Below are positions 11,295-24,403 of a stretch of DNA of 64,000 bases, one piece after another (the first letter of the stretch is position 1; each line of letters starts with the position of its first letter). A program made the position numbers and the translations under genes. The DNA comes from Squalus acanthias (lineage: Eukaryota), in the NCBI GenBank assembly GCA_030390025.1, contig JASTWF010000497.1, forward strand, positions 248,001 to 312,000, in the 5' to 3' direction. The notes under the pieces were generated by a model. That model saw only the letters and a program-made list of their open reading frames with translations. It was not told where the DNA came from and searched no databases.

Positions 11295-13170
11295 GGTGAA
11301 GGACCTCGCTCACCATCAGTGAGGGACCTCGCTCACCATCAGAGGGACCTCACTCACCATCAGTGAGGACCTCGCTCACCATCAGTGAGGGACCTCGCTC
11401 ACCATCAGTGAGGGACCTCGCTCACCATCAGTGAGGGACCTCGCTCACCATCAGTGAGGGACCTCGCTCACCATCAGTGAGGGACCTCGCTCACCATCAG
11501 TGAGGGACCTCTCTCACCATCAGTGAGGGATCTCGCTCACCATCAGTGAGGGACCTCGCTCACCATCAGTGAGGGACCTCGCTCACCGTCTGAGGGACCT
11601 CGCTCGCCATCAGTGAGAGACCTCGCTCACCATCAGTGAGAGTCATCGGTCACTATCAGAGGGACCTCGCTCACCATCAGTGAGGGACCTCGCTCGCCAT
11701 CAGTGAGAGACCTCGCTCAACATCAGTGAGGGACCTCGCTCACCATCAGTGAGAGTCATCGTTCACCATCAGTGAGGGACCTCGCTCACCATCAGTGAGA
11801 GACCTCGCTCGCCATCAGTGAGGGACCTCGCTCACCATCAGTGAGGGACCTCGCTCACCATCAGTGAAGGACCTCGCTCACCATCAGTGAAGGACCTCGC
11901 TCACCATCAGAGGGACCTCGCTCACCATCAGAGGGACCTCGCTCACCATCAGTGAAGGACCTCGCTCACCATCAGTGAGAGTCATCGGTCACTATCAGAG
12001 GGACCTCGCTCACCATCAGTGAGAGTCATCGGTCACTATCAGAGGGACCTCGCTCACCATCAGTGAGAGTCATCGGTCACCATCAGTGACGGACCTCGCT
12101 CACCATCAGTGAGAGTCATCGGTCACTATCAGAGGGACCTCACTCACCATCAGTGAGGGACCTCGCTCACCATCAGAGGGACCTCGCTCACCATCAGTGA
12201 GGGACCTCGCTCACCATCAGTGAAGGACCTCGCTCACCATCAGTGAGAGTCATCGGTCACTATCAGAGGGACCTCGCTCACCATCAGTGAGAGTCATCGC
12301 TCACCATCAGTGAGGGACCTCGCTCACCATCAGTGAGGGACCTTGCTCACCATCAGTGAGAGTCATCGCTCACCATCAGTGAGGGACCTCGCTCACCATC
12401 AGTGAGGGACCTTGCTCACCATCAGTGAGAGTCATCGCTCACCATCAGTGAGAGTCATCGTTCACCATCAGTGAGGGACCTCGCTCACCATCAGTGAGGG
12501 ACCTCGCTCACCATCAGTGAGAGTCATCGCTCACCATCAGTGAGGGACCTCGCTCACCATCAGTGAGGGACCTCACTCGCCATCAGTGAGGGACCTCGCT
12601 CGCCATCAGTGAGGGACCTCGCTCGCCATCAGTGAGGGACCTCGCTCGCCATCAGTGAGGGACCTCGCTCACCATCAGTGAGAGTCATCGTTCACCATCA
12701 GTGAGGGAACTCGCTCACCATCAGTGAGAGTCATCGATCACCATCAGTGAGGGACCTCGCTCGCCATCAGTGAGGGTCATCGCTCACCATCAATGAGGGA
12801 CCTCGCTCACCATCAGTGAGGGACCTCGCTCACCATCAGTGAGAGTCATCGCTCACCATCAGTGAGGGACCTCGCTCGCCATCAGTGAGAGTCATCGCTC
12901 ACCATCAATGACGGACCTCGCTCACCATCAGTGAGGGACCTCGCTCACCATCAGTGAGAGTCATCGCTCGCCATCAGTGAGGGACCTCGCTCACCATCAG
13001 TGACGGACCTCGCTCACCATCAATGACGGACCTCGCTCGCCATCAGTGAGGAGCCTCGCCCATCAATGGTGATGAGCCTTTTCCATCAATGGTGAGGAGC
13101 CTTGCCCATCAGCAATAAAGAATCTCGCCCGCCATCAGTGTGGAACCTCGTCCACCAGTGACGACGAACC
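11295..13170. repeat. Minisatellite, 23-bp unit ACCATCAGTGAGGGACCTCGCTC (about 75-80 units)
   Basis: Direct tandem units (e.g. 11401-11423 then 11424 onward). Variants ACCATCAGTGAGAGTCATCGCTC and 21-bp ACCATCAGAGGGACCTCGCTC. Degenerates after about 13050. Confidence 0.97.
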
Positions 13171-14091
13171 TCACCCCACATCGGTGCATATTGGAAAATC
13201 ATAAATCGCATGGCCACGATTATCCAATGTTCACTGAACATAGTTAGTACCTCAATTTCAGCATGGACTCAGAAAATTTACCCAGATGTGCATTTGCGAT
13301 TTGAAGTGTTTCATAGGAATGTACAGTGTTGGAAAAATCCATTCCAATCCTGTCTAACTGTCTCACAGTTCAAAATATCCCATAACTATACCCTGTCTCC
13401 ATCATTTCTTTAGCCAAAGCTCTATCACCTCCCTCATGAATGTTGTGACACTGTCCACTGTCTCCCTGTGCAGTCTGTTGCACACATTCACCACCCTCTA
13501 TGTGCAGCAATAAGTCTAAAATGTCTGCTTACCTTCCACTCCTGAGCTTGGTTCGGTGCTGCCTGGTTACAGCATTTGCTGGTAAGGCAAACACTTGATT
13601 ATGGTTCAGTATATATATATATATATATAACCCTCAGAATCTTGACTACTTCAATAAGGATAATATTTTGTTCTGTATGATCATCAACAAGAGTAAAAAA
13701 ATACATACACAAAAAACCACACACACACACACACACACACAAAACATGCACAGACACACAAAAAAAGCACACTCACTCAAAAAACACGCACAAAAAAACA
13801 CACAAGCAAAATGAAATAGCTGCTCCGAAGCCCCACCAAAGTTATGAGCCGGGAATATTCCTAAACTAAGCCTGATAAAGACAGTACTCATCTGCTCTGA
13901 CAATTTAACAGCACAGAAGGATAAATGTGCTGTTAAATAGAAATGAATAATCCCTAAATAAACAAACTTATCATGTGGCTATATTTTCTTTCCACAAATT
14001 CAAAATCTTGGTGGCTCCTCACCGGGTGATAATCACCAAACTTGAAGAATATCTACATCCAATGATTAGTGTGTAAAAGTTAAAATATAAT

Positions 14092-14855
14092 GGCCCAGAA
14101 ATTAAACATCGATGGTTCCCGCGGGGGTAAGGATTCCCCGCGATATCGCACTCCGCGCCTACCTTTTTGTTTCGGGCCCACACGAACTTCAGTTTCAGGG
14201 CCTCTCCCTGTTGCCAGCATGCAGTGCTTGCGTGACCCAGAGACACAATTAGTTCGTGCGAGCTCTGGGATCACGTGATTCAGTTAGAGCCAATGGCAGC
14301 ACACCATCTTTCATTCATAGTTTTGACAGCAAGGGCTGTCAAAGCTATGAATACTACAAGCCCCCAAAAGAACAGCTAAACCTCAATTAAATTTAAAAAA
14401 AAGCCATCACATTAATAAAATAACTATAGTTAAATAAATTAACCACTTTAAACAAAAAATTAAATTTTTGAAAAAATTTAAAATCTTTTTAAAAGTTATA
14501 AAAATAAACTTACCTTTCTTTAAAGTCTCTAAAAAAGATAAACCTGTTGAAAAAAATTTTAAATAACACTTAATTAACTACTTACCTTGTTAAAAGGGGG
14601 TCCTACGCCTGCTTTCTTTATGTGTAAAATCTTCACCACTTACCTGCGCGTTCAAACCTGAAAAAAAAACTAAGTGCACTGCATGCGTACAACCTGTAGT
14701 GCGCACGCAGTTCACTTAGGAACCGCCCCCTTTGCAATACACGAAGTGCCGGTTTCCCGCGCATGCGCAGTGCATGCAGGAAACCGGCAATTCGGGACCT
14801 AATACGCGAGAGTACACAGTGCGTACTCTCGCGTATTAGGTCTAATTTTCGGGCC
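14092..14855. mobile_element. PIF/Harbinger-like MITE
   Basis: AAT|GGCCCAGAAATT ... AATTTTCGGGCC|AAT: imperfect TIRs with a 3-bp AAT TSD. Confidence 0.8.
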
Positions 14856-15494
14856 AATAGGATTACAATCTTGCCTGGATCCAAAAAAAAAACCTTTAAA
14901 TGCAAGAGGAGACTGATTAATTGATGTAGTTGGAGAACTGTTGGAAAACCATTGCTTTTCGCCCAGGCAAAGTGATGGGTAGGGGGGTGGGGCTGTTTTT
15001 TTCATCAGGTAAGCCTCTAAGCTTTGAAGAAAAATCTTATTCCACAGAGAGGTAGTTTGAGAAAATTGAGTTACTCCATTGTATATTGCCCACAGATATC
15101 GCAAGTATAAGAGTGTGTACTTCAAGCTATGACTTCAGAGCTGCCTTTTAATCTTGGTTGTTTTTGCTTTTCTGAAAGAGCTGATTTGCGAGTCCAGATA
15201 AATAGTAGTACTGACTTAAGAAACAAAGAGATCCCTTCAGTCCTCCTCCTGCCATGAATCTTTTTGCTGATTTGACCAGAGCATAATTTTAACTATAAAC
15301 TTACTCACAGCTGGTATACGCATTATTTATTTTCTCTGGGGATCTGGGCTCATTCTATCTTGATGGGAATAAAATCGTCCAATCTAAGCAGTTCCCAAAG
15401 GACTCCTTTAATGAGTTCAGTGATTATTTCACCATATTCAGGAATGCCAACAGCAGAGAGGTGGCATTCCAGATGAAGCTGTCTGTTTATTTTT

Positions 15495-15895
15495 TTTAAT
15501 TCATTCCCAGGATATGGGCATCGCTGGCAAAGCCGGCATTTATTGCCGATCCCTTGTTGGCCTTGAGAAGGTGGTAGTGGGCCACCTTCTTGAACCGCTG
15601 CAGTCTTTATGGTGAAGGTACTCCTACGATACTGTTAAGTAAAGAGTTCCAGGATTTTGACCCAGCGATGATGAAGGAACGGTGATATGAGTCCAATTCG
15701 GGATGGTGTGTGATTTGAAAAAGCTGAAGGTGATGGTGTTCCCATGCACCTGCTGCCCTTGTCCTTCTAGGTGGTGGAGGTCGCGGATTTAGGAGGTACT
15801 GCCGAGGAAGCCTTGGTGACTTGCTGCAGTGCATCCTGTAGATAGTACACACTGCAGCCACGGTACGTGGGTGGTGGAGAGAGGGGATGTTTAAG
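15495..15895 (-). mobile_element. 3' end of a second CR1-group LINE family (probably the same family as 31794-34094)
   Basis: SFIIAGSKSWNSL in translation. Tail gggatcggcaataaatgccggctttgccagcgatgcccatatcc on the minus strand. Confidence 0.75.
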
Positions 15896-16391
15896 CTATT
15901 TAACCCATTTCAAGACCACAGGAGCTTGAATTAAGGAATGACCAAGATCTGCCCTATTGTCCAAGCATTTATGATCTCCAACACTGCAGAATCCATGGAC
16001 AGAAAGTTTTGAGGTTATGTCATGGTAAGAAAAAGTAGAACGCAGGCTGTATCATAGCAATTGTTCTCAAGTCTGTCCTGTATCGTCGCCTTAGTTCTCA
16101 TGCAGCAAGTCAGAGGATAAAGAGTTTGGTGGAGACAACAATTGTGGTGTTATTAGTGAAGTCAGTAGGGACTGATTTATTATGTCAATTCACGGTAAAT
16201 CTAATGATAGTTTCATGTGGAGATTTTAGTGTATGATTAGAACCATATAATTATCAAAGTACAGAAAACTGAGGTCATATTCAATCAAGTCACAGCTCTA
16301 CTGGATCAAGTAGGAGTTCACCTAGAAAGCAGCATTCATCTGTGGGGTTTTTTTTAATCAAATAATCTCACTTACTATTCGTAATTCCTTA

Positions 16392-17015
16392 TCATAGAAT
16401 CATACAGCACAGAAGGAGGCCATTTGGCCCATTGAGCCGGCTCTTTGAAATTAGTCCCACTCCCCTGTTCCTTCCCCATTGCTGTGCAAATGTTTCCTTT
16501 ACAAGTATATATCTAATTCCCTTTGAAAGTTGCTATTGAATTTGTTTCCACAACCCTTTCAGGCAGTGCATTCCGGATCATAACAACTCATTGTGTAAAA
16601 AAAATTATCCTCCTGTCGCCTCTGGTTCTTTTGCCGACCACCTTAAATCTGTGTTCTTTGGTTACCAACCCTCCTGCCACTGGAAACAGTTTCCCCTAAT
16701 TTACTGTATCAAAACCCTTCACAATTTTGATCACCGCTTCTGAATCTCCTCCTAACCTTCTCCGCTCTAAGGAAAGCAATCCCAGCTTCACTAGTCTCTC
16801 CACATAACTGAAGCCCCTCATCCCTGGCACCATTCTAGTAAATCTCCTCTGCACCCTCTCCAAGGCCTTGACATCCTTCCTAAAATGTGGTGCCCACATT
16901 GGACACAATACTGCAGCTGAGGCCTAACCAGTGTTTTATAAAGATTTAGCATAACTTCCTAGCTTTTGTACTCTCTGCCTCTGTTTATAAAGCCAAGGAT
17001 CCCATATGCTTTTTT
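16392..17015 (-). mobile_element. CR1 LINE 3' fragment
   Basis: WAPHFRKDVKALERVQRRFTRMVPGMRG...RRLGGD, with tail catagaatcatacagcacagaaggaggcc. Confidence 0.9.
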
Positions 17016-17047
17016 AGAAATACACAACATTTTCATCGAATTACATT

Positions 17048-17819
17048 GGCCAATAATTTGCGGTCAGCGGCGAAGCAAAGGTGCTCACCACTGGCCCCGA
17101 AGAAAGTTGCCCACAAAGATCTTGCGATCTCTGTGGCGAGAAGTTTGCCTTTCTCGACGTGCAATTCATTGTGGTGCTGTGTAATGGGGATTTCCTGCGA
17201 AGAGCTGCAGTGACGTCAATAAGCTGTCTAAGCACCCAATCACATTGAAGAATTCTCACAGACAGCAAACCAGGAAATGAAAAGCTGCTTTTATCCAGAC
17301 TTTATAAAAATGTTACAGAGAGCGAAATAAAGATTGGGACTTTCATATGGGGATCAGGTAGAAGCTGAAATATGAACAAACTTTTAAAAAAATCAAAGGT
17401 TTTTTAAATTTTAAATTTTATCATAATGGAGAAATTTGACACTCCACAAATATAAAAATTAGTTTTTTATGGCTATAATGTTTGTTTAGCAGTCAATAAG
17501 TTGTTAAAACCCCAGATAAACCTATTGCAACAAAGCTTAACATTTAATGGGGCATTTAACAGCGATATTACCGTGGAAAAGCCCAAGTTTTCATCAGTTT
17601 CACTGATTATACTGATTGCCGGCTATGGGTGTGGGGGAGATCCACAGCGCAGCCTGTGTTGGAGCAGTGAATGACTGACTGCAACTTCAGGATTTCTGTG
17701 CATTATAGTGCATGTTTAGATCCACATGCACTAAATCCTGAAGTTGCTGTCAGTTTCAGAGGGGTAATGATGGCGAATGCTGACAGTTCGCCATCATTAC
17801 CCACTGCAAAATCTGGGCC
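17048..17819. mobile_element. PIF/Harbinger-like MITE inserted at a CR1 tail
   Basis: Left end GGCCAATAATTTGCGGT versus reverse complement of right end GGCCCAGATTTTGCAGT. Flanks are ATT and ATA. Confidence 0.65.
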
Positions 17820-19165
17820 ATAGAATATACAGCACAGAAACAGGCCGTTCAGCCCAACCAGTCCATGCCAGCGTTTATGCTCCACACAAGCCTCCTCCCA
17901 TCCTGCCTCATCTAACCATATCAGCATAACCCTCTATTCCCTTCTCCCTCATATGCTTATCTAGCCTCCCTTTAAATGTATCTGTTGTAGCGAGTTCCAT
18001 ATTCTCACCACTCTCTGGGTAAAGAAGTTTCTTCTGAATTCTCTGTTTGATTTCTTGGTGACTATCTTATATTGATGGCCTCCAATTTTTCTCTTCCCCA
18101 CAAGTGGAAACATTCTCTCTGTGTCTACTCTATCAAAACCTTTCATAATTTTAAAGACCTCTATTAGGTCACTCCTCATCCTTCTCTTTTCAAGAGAAAA
18201 AAGACCCAGCCTGTTCATCCTTTCCTGATAGATATAACCTCGCATTTCTGGTATCATCCTTGTAAATCTTCGCTGCACCCTCTCCAGTGCCTCTATATCC
18301 TTTTTATAATATGGCAACCAGAACTGCACACGGTACTCCAAGTGTGGTCTAACCAAGGTTCAATACAAGTTTATAACTTCCCTACTTTTTAATTCTATCC
18401 CTCTAGAAATAAACCCTAGTGCTTATTTTGCTTTTTTTATGGCCTTGTTAACCTGTGTCACTACTTTTAGTGATTTTTGTATTTGTACTCCCAGATCCCT
18501 TTGCTCCTCTACCCAATTTAGATTCTTATTTTCCAAGTAATATGTGACCTCCTTATTTTTCTTACAAAATGTAATACCTCACACTTATCTCTGTTGAAAT
18601 TCATTTGCAATTCATATGCAAATTCTCCAAGTTTATTAACGTCTTCTTGTAATTTGTTGCAGTCCTCCTCAGTATTGACTATCCCCCCAATTTGGTGTCA
18701 TCCGCAAATTTAGAAATTGTATTTTTGATTCCAAAGTCTAAATCGTTAATATAAATTGTGAACAACAGTGGTCCCAGCACTGACCCTTGTGCGACCCAAC
18801 TTTCCACCTTCTGCCACTCTGAATAGCGACCCTTTACCCCGACTCTCTGCTTTCTGTCTTGCAGTCATCTAGCTATTCATTCTGCTACTTGTCTCCTAAC
18901 TCTGCATGCTCTGACCTTATTCATTAGTCTATTATGTGGCACCTTATCGAAGGCCTTTTGGAAATCTGATAAATTACGTCTACTACATTACCCTTGTCTA
19001 CTCTCTCTGTTACCTCTTCAAAGAATTCAATAAGGTTGGTCAAGCAAGACTTTCACTTTTGAAATCCATGGTGACTATTCATTATTATATTTTTGGTTTC
19101 TAGATGCTTTTCTATTTTCTCCTTCAGTAGGGATTCCATAATTTTTCCTACTACCGATGTTAAGA
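17820..19165 (-). mobile_element. CR1 LINE, RT region to 3' UTR
   Basis: VRPHLEYRVQFWLP...ERVQRRFTRMIP, with upstream remnants of [10 protein letters not shown] and SKFADDTKLG. Confidence 0.92.
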
Positions 19166-19309
19166 TGGTCTATAGTTTCATATATTCATATGCGTGTAAA
19201 CTTTCTCATGCAATGAAATGCAGATATTTGCATCTGAATCGCCACACAATTTCAGCTGTAGTTACTGCAAAATATGAGTAACATTTTTTTTTAAATGATT
19301 GCACAGCAG

Positions 19310-19466
19310 ACTTGGCAGGAACTGCAATGGAAACCCCGTTTAGACACCTAAGTGGTGCAGTGGCAGAAAGTCTGAGGAATTGTTTCTCTGAGGAATACAA
19401 CAACAAAGGTTGGAGCAATAACAGCAATCCATCCAGTCAAATTCTTCAACATTTTCCTTTCATCTT
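19310..19466 (+). CDS. Weak candidate exon
   Basis: ttttttttaaatgattgcacagcag| open frame DLAGTAMETPFRHLSGAVAESLRNCF...QHFPFI |GTGAGT, ending in phase 2. No homology recognised. Confidence 0.25.
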
Positions 19467-20976
19467 GTGAGTTTACAGCAATTATATTTTATCCACTCAT
19501 AACGAAATGCTGGCTAAAACATCCAGAGCATCATTCATGTATGTCACCAGCTTGGAATCTTAGGCTGTCCTCTGATGTGCAGAGCAGAAGCTTCTATCTA
19601 GAGAACAGAATCCATTGATGAATCTCAAATATTTGCGCTGGGAACCTTAAATTGTCACATTGTTTGAAACTTTCAGTCACTATCCTCGGAGCTCATCATG
19701 TCATAACTGAGAAACCTGAAGCCTCTGTTGGGAGACCTGGGGCATGCCTCAGAGCATGTTTCATCAGTATGTGGAGGGGATGGAGAGCCCAACTTTGGAC
19801 ATTAGATGAAGATTGATCTAAAGGACAATGTAATGGAGAAATGAGCTGTGGTTAGATGCCTTGAGAGGCCATGAGCAGGGGCATCAATAGGCATTTCTAG
19901 GGGTGTCCATCTTAATTATGGGACTGAGTTTGATGGTATTTTGTTCATACAGCTCATCCATATATGGGTAGAAAAAGTAACAATGTTTAGCACAGAAAGA
20001 CAGTATTTTCCTAGCCTACACAACAAACTTTACTTTTTCATATTTGTTTCTAAAAAAAAATCAAATTCCATTTTAGTGGTTTGATTCAAGTTGTGAAACT
20101 GTGTTATTTTGGGTTGAACTGAATTGACTATCAGGAATGAGGCTCCTTCACTCTTCCCTGCATTGCATTGCCATTAGAGTTTCATTCTTTTGCATGTTAA
20201 ATCTCGCCAACAAAGAGTGTAAACATGGGGAGTGAAATAGGAATTGGAATTAAATAAGCCACCTCAATACAAATGGCATTCCTCAACATACAATTTCTGC
20301 ATCTAGTTAATTCCGGATTGTAGAGCATCAGGAAGATATAAATACAGAAGGACATCAAGTAACTGATGCAAACTGGTGCAATTCCGAGTCTGTACTTTGA
20401 AATATCAGAAATGTCAACTATGGCAATATTGTATTATTGGCATTTGGTAACAGTGAAATACTACAAAACTCAGGTTTGAATTTGTGTTTCTAAATGTGTC
20501 CCTACTTGTAAGGACTACATTGAAAGCAAAGTAATGAAATTCCAAGGTGTTCCCGGGGCAGCTGGTTTATTCTGATCAGTAGTAGATTGCACTATTGACC
20601 ATATGTCAGACTTGTAGCGATACAATGATTGAATAAAAGAGTGTACATAATCTGAGCTCCGAATTTAGCTAGAGCTTGCTTTACTTGTTTTTACACAACA
20701 GCCTGGGAGATTTTCTTTTTTGTTCCCCCCCCCCCCCCCCTTATAGACGACATGTTTTCTAGAAAGTCTAAATGCATTTCTTTTTCTAACTGCTATCCCT
20801 GAGGTTAACTAATGCAAGGTGCCCTAGCCAGAGAGGCTGATGAAATATTTGTAGTACAGATTAATCTGTTATCAGTTCAGTACGTGTGAAATGTGATGAA
20901 GATGACAGAGAATCATGCTCTGTAGGCCTGAAGTAATTTGTGCCTGAGATATTTAGTTCTGTTTTGGACATCGCAG

Positions 20977-21063
20977 ATCTGTTATTAGGGAGGGGGAGCA
21001 AAGCTCTTGGGAAGACTTACTCAGAGCATATTTCAAATGCTACCAGAATTGCATGAGAAGTAG
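20977..21063 (+). CDS. Weak candidate exon (phase 2-2)
   Basis: ttctgttttggacatcgcag| SVIREGEQSSWEDLLRAYFKCYQNCMRS AG|GTAATG. Phase-compatible with 19310-19466. Confidence 0.25.
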
Positions 21064-21479
21064 GTAATGAATGAAAGTTTTATTGGAAAAAGCACCTCGA
21101 ACTGTTACACTCCCTGCTTCTTATTATCTGGTACACAGGTTAACAGACATATATGCAGATCATTGATATTGAGGCTTGTGTGACAGACACAAGGCTAAAA
21201 TAGTTAACTTGTTTCTCAGTTTAGGGACTATTACTTGCACAGAGAAGCTCACAAAAGAAAGATGATTAACAGCTGATTGATGAGGGAACTTTCTACATAT
21301 TTTCAATCATTTACAATCTTACATGAAGGAGAGGAGACCAAAGTGACTACGTGCAAGTTTCTGAGCTCACGTCATTTAGATTCTAAATGTGTACAATTAT
21401 CAGTTTCACTATCTCTTCAATGTAGACTCTGTTGTAATGTCATATGTCAAACAGTGAAAGATTGTTCCCACGCTGGTTG

Positions 21480-21775
21480 GTGAATTGGTAACAAGGCACT
21501 CAGGATTATCACTAGAAGAACGAAATGAGAAGTTAGAAGATTATTTTCCACATAGAGGTCTATTACAACTCGGGATGTTTTACCATAAGCGGCTATTGGG
21601 CAGAGACTATAACATCATTTTAAAGGGGCTTGGATAATATTTGAAAAGGAAGAATATAAAACGATGCAGGGAAATAGGATTAGGATAGACAGATTAGTGT
21701 ACATTTTAAGTACTAGCGCCGATGCACATGCGATGGGCTGAATGGCCTCCTTTGCTGTAGATGCTTGCTTCTATG
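21480..21775 (+). mobile_element. Decayed CR1 3' fragment
   Basis: aaatgagaagttagaagattattttcca...gatgggctgaatggcctcctttgctgt tail. Confidence 0.6.
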
Positions 21776-23244
21776 CATATTTTATTTTAAAATGTATTTA
21801 CATGGTGAAACAGTGTATTCATAATAATCTAATCTACTGAGGAGGAGGGGAGGGGGGGTTGGCAGTGGGTGAATGGAGTCTCTCTGGGTTTGAGATGACT
21901 CCAAGATGACATACCTGGCAATGAAAGCTCAAAATCAAGTCAACCTTGTGTGGCAGACTGGGTTATCAAATATCTGAATCAGGCAGGGCTGCAGCACTCC
22001 AGGGCACTATTGGTGATCGACCAACTATTCTGGCTTACTATTGGAATCTGAGGAGTAGACCTGTCACGGGAGGTGGGGGTAACTGGGATTCATCCCAGTT
22101 GGCTTCATATAATGGCAGATAATGCCCAATGGGTAGGGCAATCCTAGCTAGACAAACAGCAGGAAGCAGCTCTTGTAAGCCACACTGTAAAACTCAAATC
22201 ATTCCTTGTGTGCACTTGTGTGGTGTCTAAGTCTTGGCTGTGCCAAAGCTCTGTGGGCCTGATTAAGTGGGGGTCTGTCTCTATGGGGATAGAGTGTGCA
22301 CTCTCTATCAGGCACACAGCAATTCTGGAGTTGTGGGTTTCTCACACGCTTGAGTCTGAGACCCCTCCGCATGTTGATGGGCCCCCACATGTGTCAGACA
22401 CCCATCTGACCAATAAACAATCTATGGAATAAATGGAAATGCTACAGCTTTTTTATTGCAGTGAAAAAAAATGCACCAATAGATTTACAGTTTGAGGCAG
22501 ACACATTGAACACCAGACAGAAAAATGTTTTAAAATAATGTTGGGCGGAACTTTCAATTTCGGCATTGAAGTCGATGGAAAGGTCCAATATACTCGGTGG
22601 AGTATAACGGGCGTCAGATCCGATTTCACCCATTTTGTGTCCCCGTCGAGCTGTAATATTTTGCACAGAATTGGTTATTTACTTTATAAAAGAGTAAGCC
22701 AGTGTTAACCATGGCCCAGCGTTGAAGAGCGCGTCAGCACCGTGACCAAGTCGGTACTTTTTCACTTATTCACTGACTCTAGTAGCAGTCAAAAAACTGG
22801 TCATGCTTCAAACACTAAATAGCACAACTGCATAAGTGTGGACAAGATTTCTGACTAAATTAGTAACTAAATATAAATGAAATTAAGAAGTAGATTTTTC
22901 CCTGTATTAATAAAGGCCTAAATTGTGTAGGGAGATCTCTTGCAATTAATTTATTAATTTAAATTCTCATCAAAATCAATTTCTGCTCTTTTATGGGCTG
23001 AAAGTTAAAGTCCTCTTCTACATTTTTGTCCTCTCCATCTCCTCTGGTTTGTTCGCTGATTTGTTGTATCCTGGTATTTTGGGAGGGAGGAATGAGCTAG
23101 TCTGTGATTGTTCAAAGTTCACCAAAACTACTGTATGGCTGGCCGACCAAGCTGGTATTCATTCCCTCCCACAAATAATCCAATTGGCATCCTCAAAATC
23201 ACCCACTCGGAAAACCTAAGTATGAATGTTCGTTGAATTACATA

Positions 23245-23687
23245 AGTTACAGCATAGAAGCAACCCATTCGGCCCAACTGATCTATGCCGGTGTTTGTGC
23301 TCCACACGAGCCTCCTCCCACTCTACTTCATCTCACCCTATCAGCATATCCTTCTATTCCTTTCAACCTCATGTACTTATCTAGCTTCCCCTTATGCTAT
23401 GCTATTTGCCTCAACCTTGCCATGTGATAGCAAGTTCCACATTCTAACCACCCTCTGGGTAAAGATGCATCTCCTGAATTCCTTATTGGATTTATTAGTG
23501 ACTATCTTATATTTATGACTCCTAGTTTTGGACTCCCCCACAGGTGGAAACATCTTCCCTACGTCTACCCTATCGAACCCCTTCATAATTTTAAAGACCT
23601 CTACCAGGTCATCGCACAGCCTTCTCTTTTCTAGAGGAAAAAAAGCCCCAGCCTATTCAGTCTTTCCTGATAGTTATAACCTCTCAG
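23245..23687 (-). mobile_element. CR1 LINE 3' fragment
   Basis: MKGFDRVDVGKMFPPVGESKTRSHKYKIV...FTQRVVRMWN. Confidence 0.9.
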
Positions 23688-23932
23688 GAAACTAGGATTC
23701 AAATCTCACTTTTCTAGGTGGGGCCACTTCTCTAGAGTTGCAACCTCTAAGCCACCTGAAGCCTTAAAGTTAATCTTGTGTTAATGTTAACCAAGGCTTT
23801 GGCCATGTGACAATCAGGGGCAGATTAGCGCATGGGCCTCTGGGGCACGTGTCAGAGGGCAGGTTCATGCAAACATACTATATTATGATATGATTTGCTT
23901 TACTATTAATGTAGTGTGTTAACATTTTACAG

Positions 23933-23958
23933 CCTATTTCTTCACGCAAATTACTAAG
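23933..23958 (+). CDS. Weak candidate micro-exon (phase 1-0)
   Basis: ttaacattttacag|CC TAT TTC TTC ACG CAA ATT ACT AAG|GTTTGT. Would join in frame to the exon at 35778. Confidence 0.3.
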
Positions 23959-24403
23959 GTTTGTGTTTTAATAGCTCGGGGGAGTTGTTGTATGGGGGGG
24001 ATGCTCCATATGATCTTGGTGCCCAGGGCCCCAGGAATTCTTAATCCAGTTCTGGTGATAATATGCCAAGTTTGTATGTTAAAATGTACTGTAACAATGT
24101 ATAATGTGACTATTAGTGTTTCCTTAATTCAGGTTAGATTTGACACATTTTTCAGCCAAATTTTAATAACCCATCTTTGCCCAAATCCTAACTTTTAGAC
24201 TATCTTCAGGCTGAATCCAGATAATTATTTTGGCTCTCCTGGGTGGAAAGGTTCACAACAGTTCAACTGGACACTTTTTCTTTTTTAATTAATGGAAGAT
24301 TATTTCCAGAAAAACCTCTGCAGACATTCAAGGTCATGTATTCTAGTAGGTGGATCACTGTGTAAATTCTTCTAGGTATAACTGTGATGTATTTAAACTG
24401 GTA

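Noticed and set aside
11295-13170. CRISPR-like array (23-bp hairpin repeats)
   Set aside because: Units are contiguous with no unique spacers, there are no cas genes, and the context is eukaryotic.
15311-15480. Open frame LVYALFIFSGDLGSFYLDGNK... after a CAG
   Set aside because: Weak acceptor, no clear donor and no recognisable homology, so it cannot be supported.
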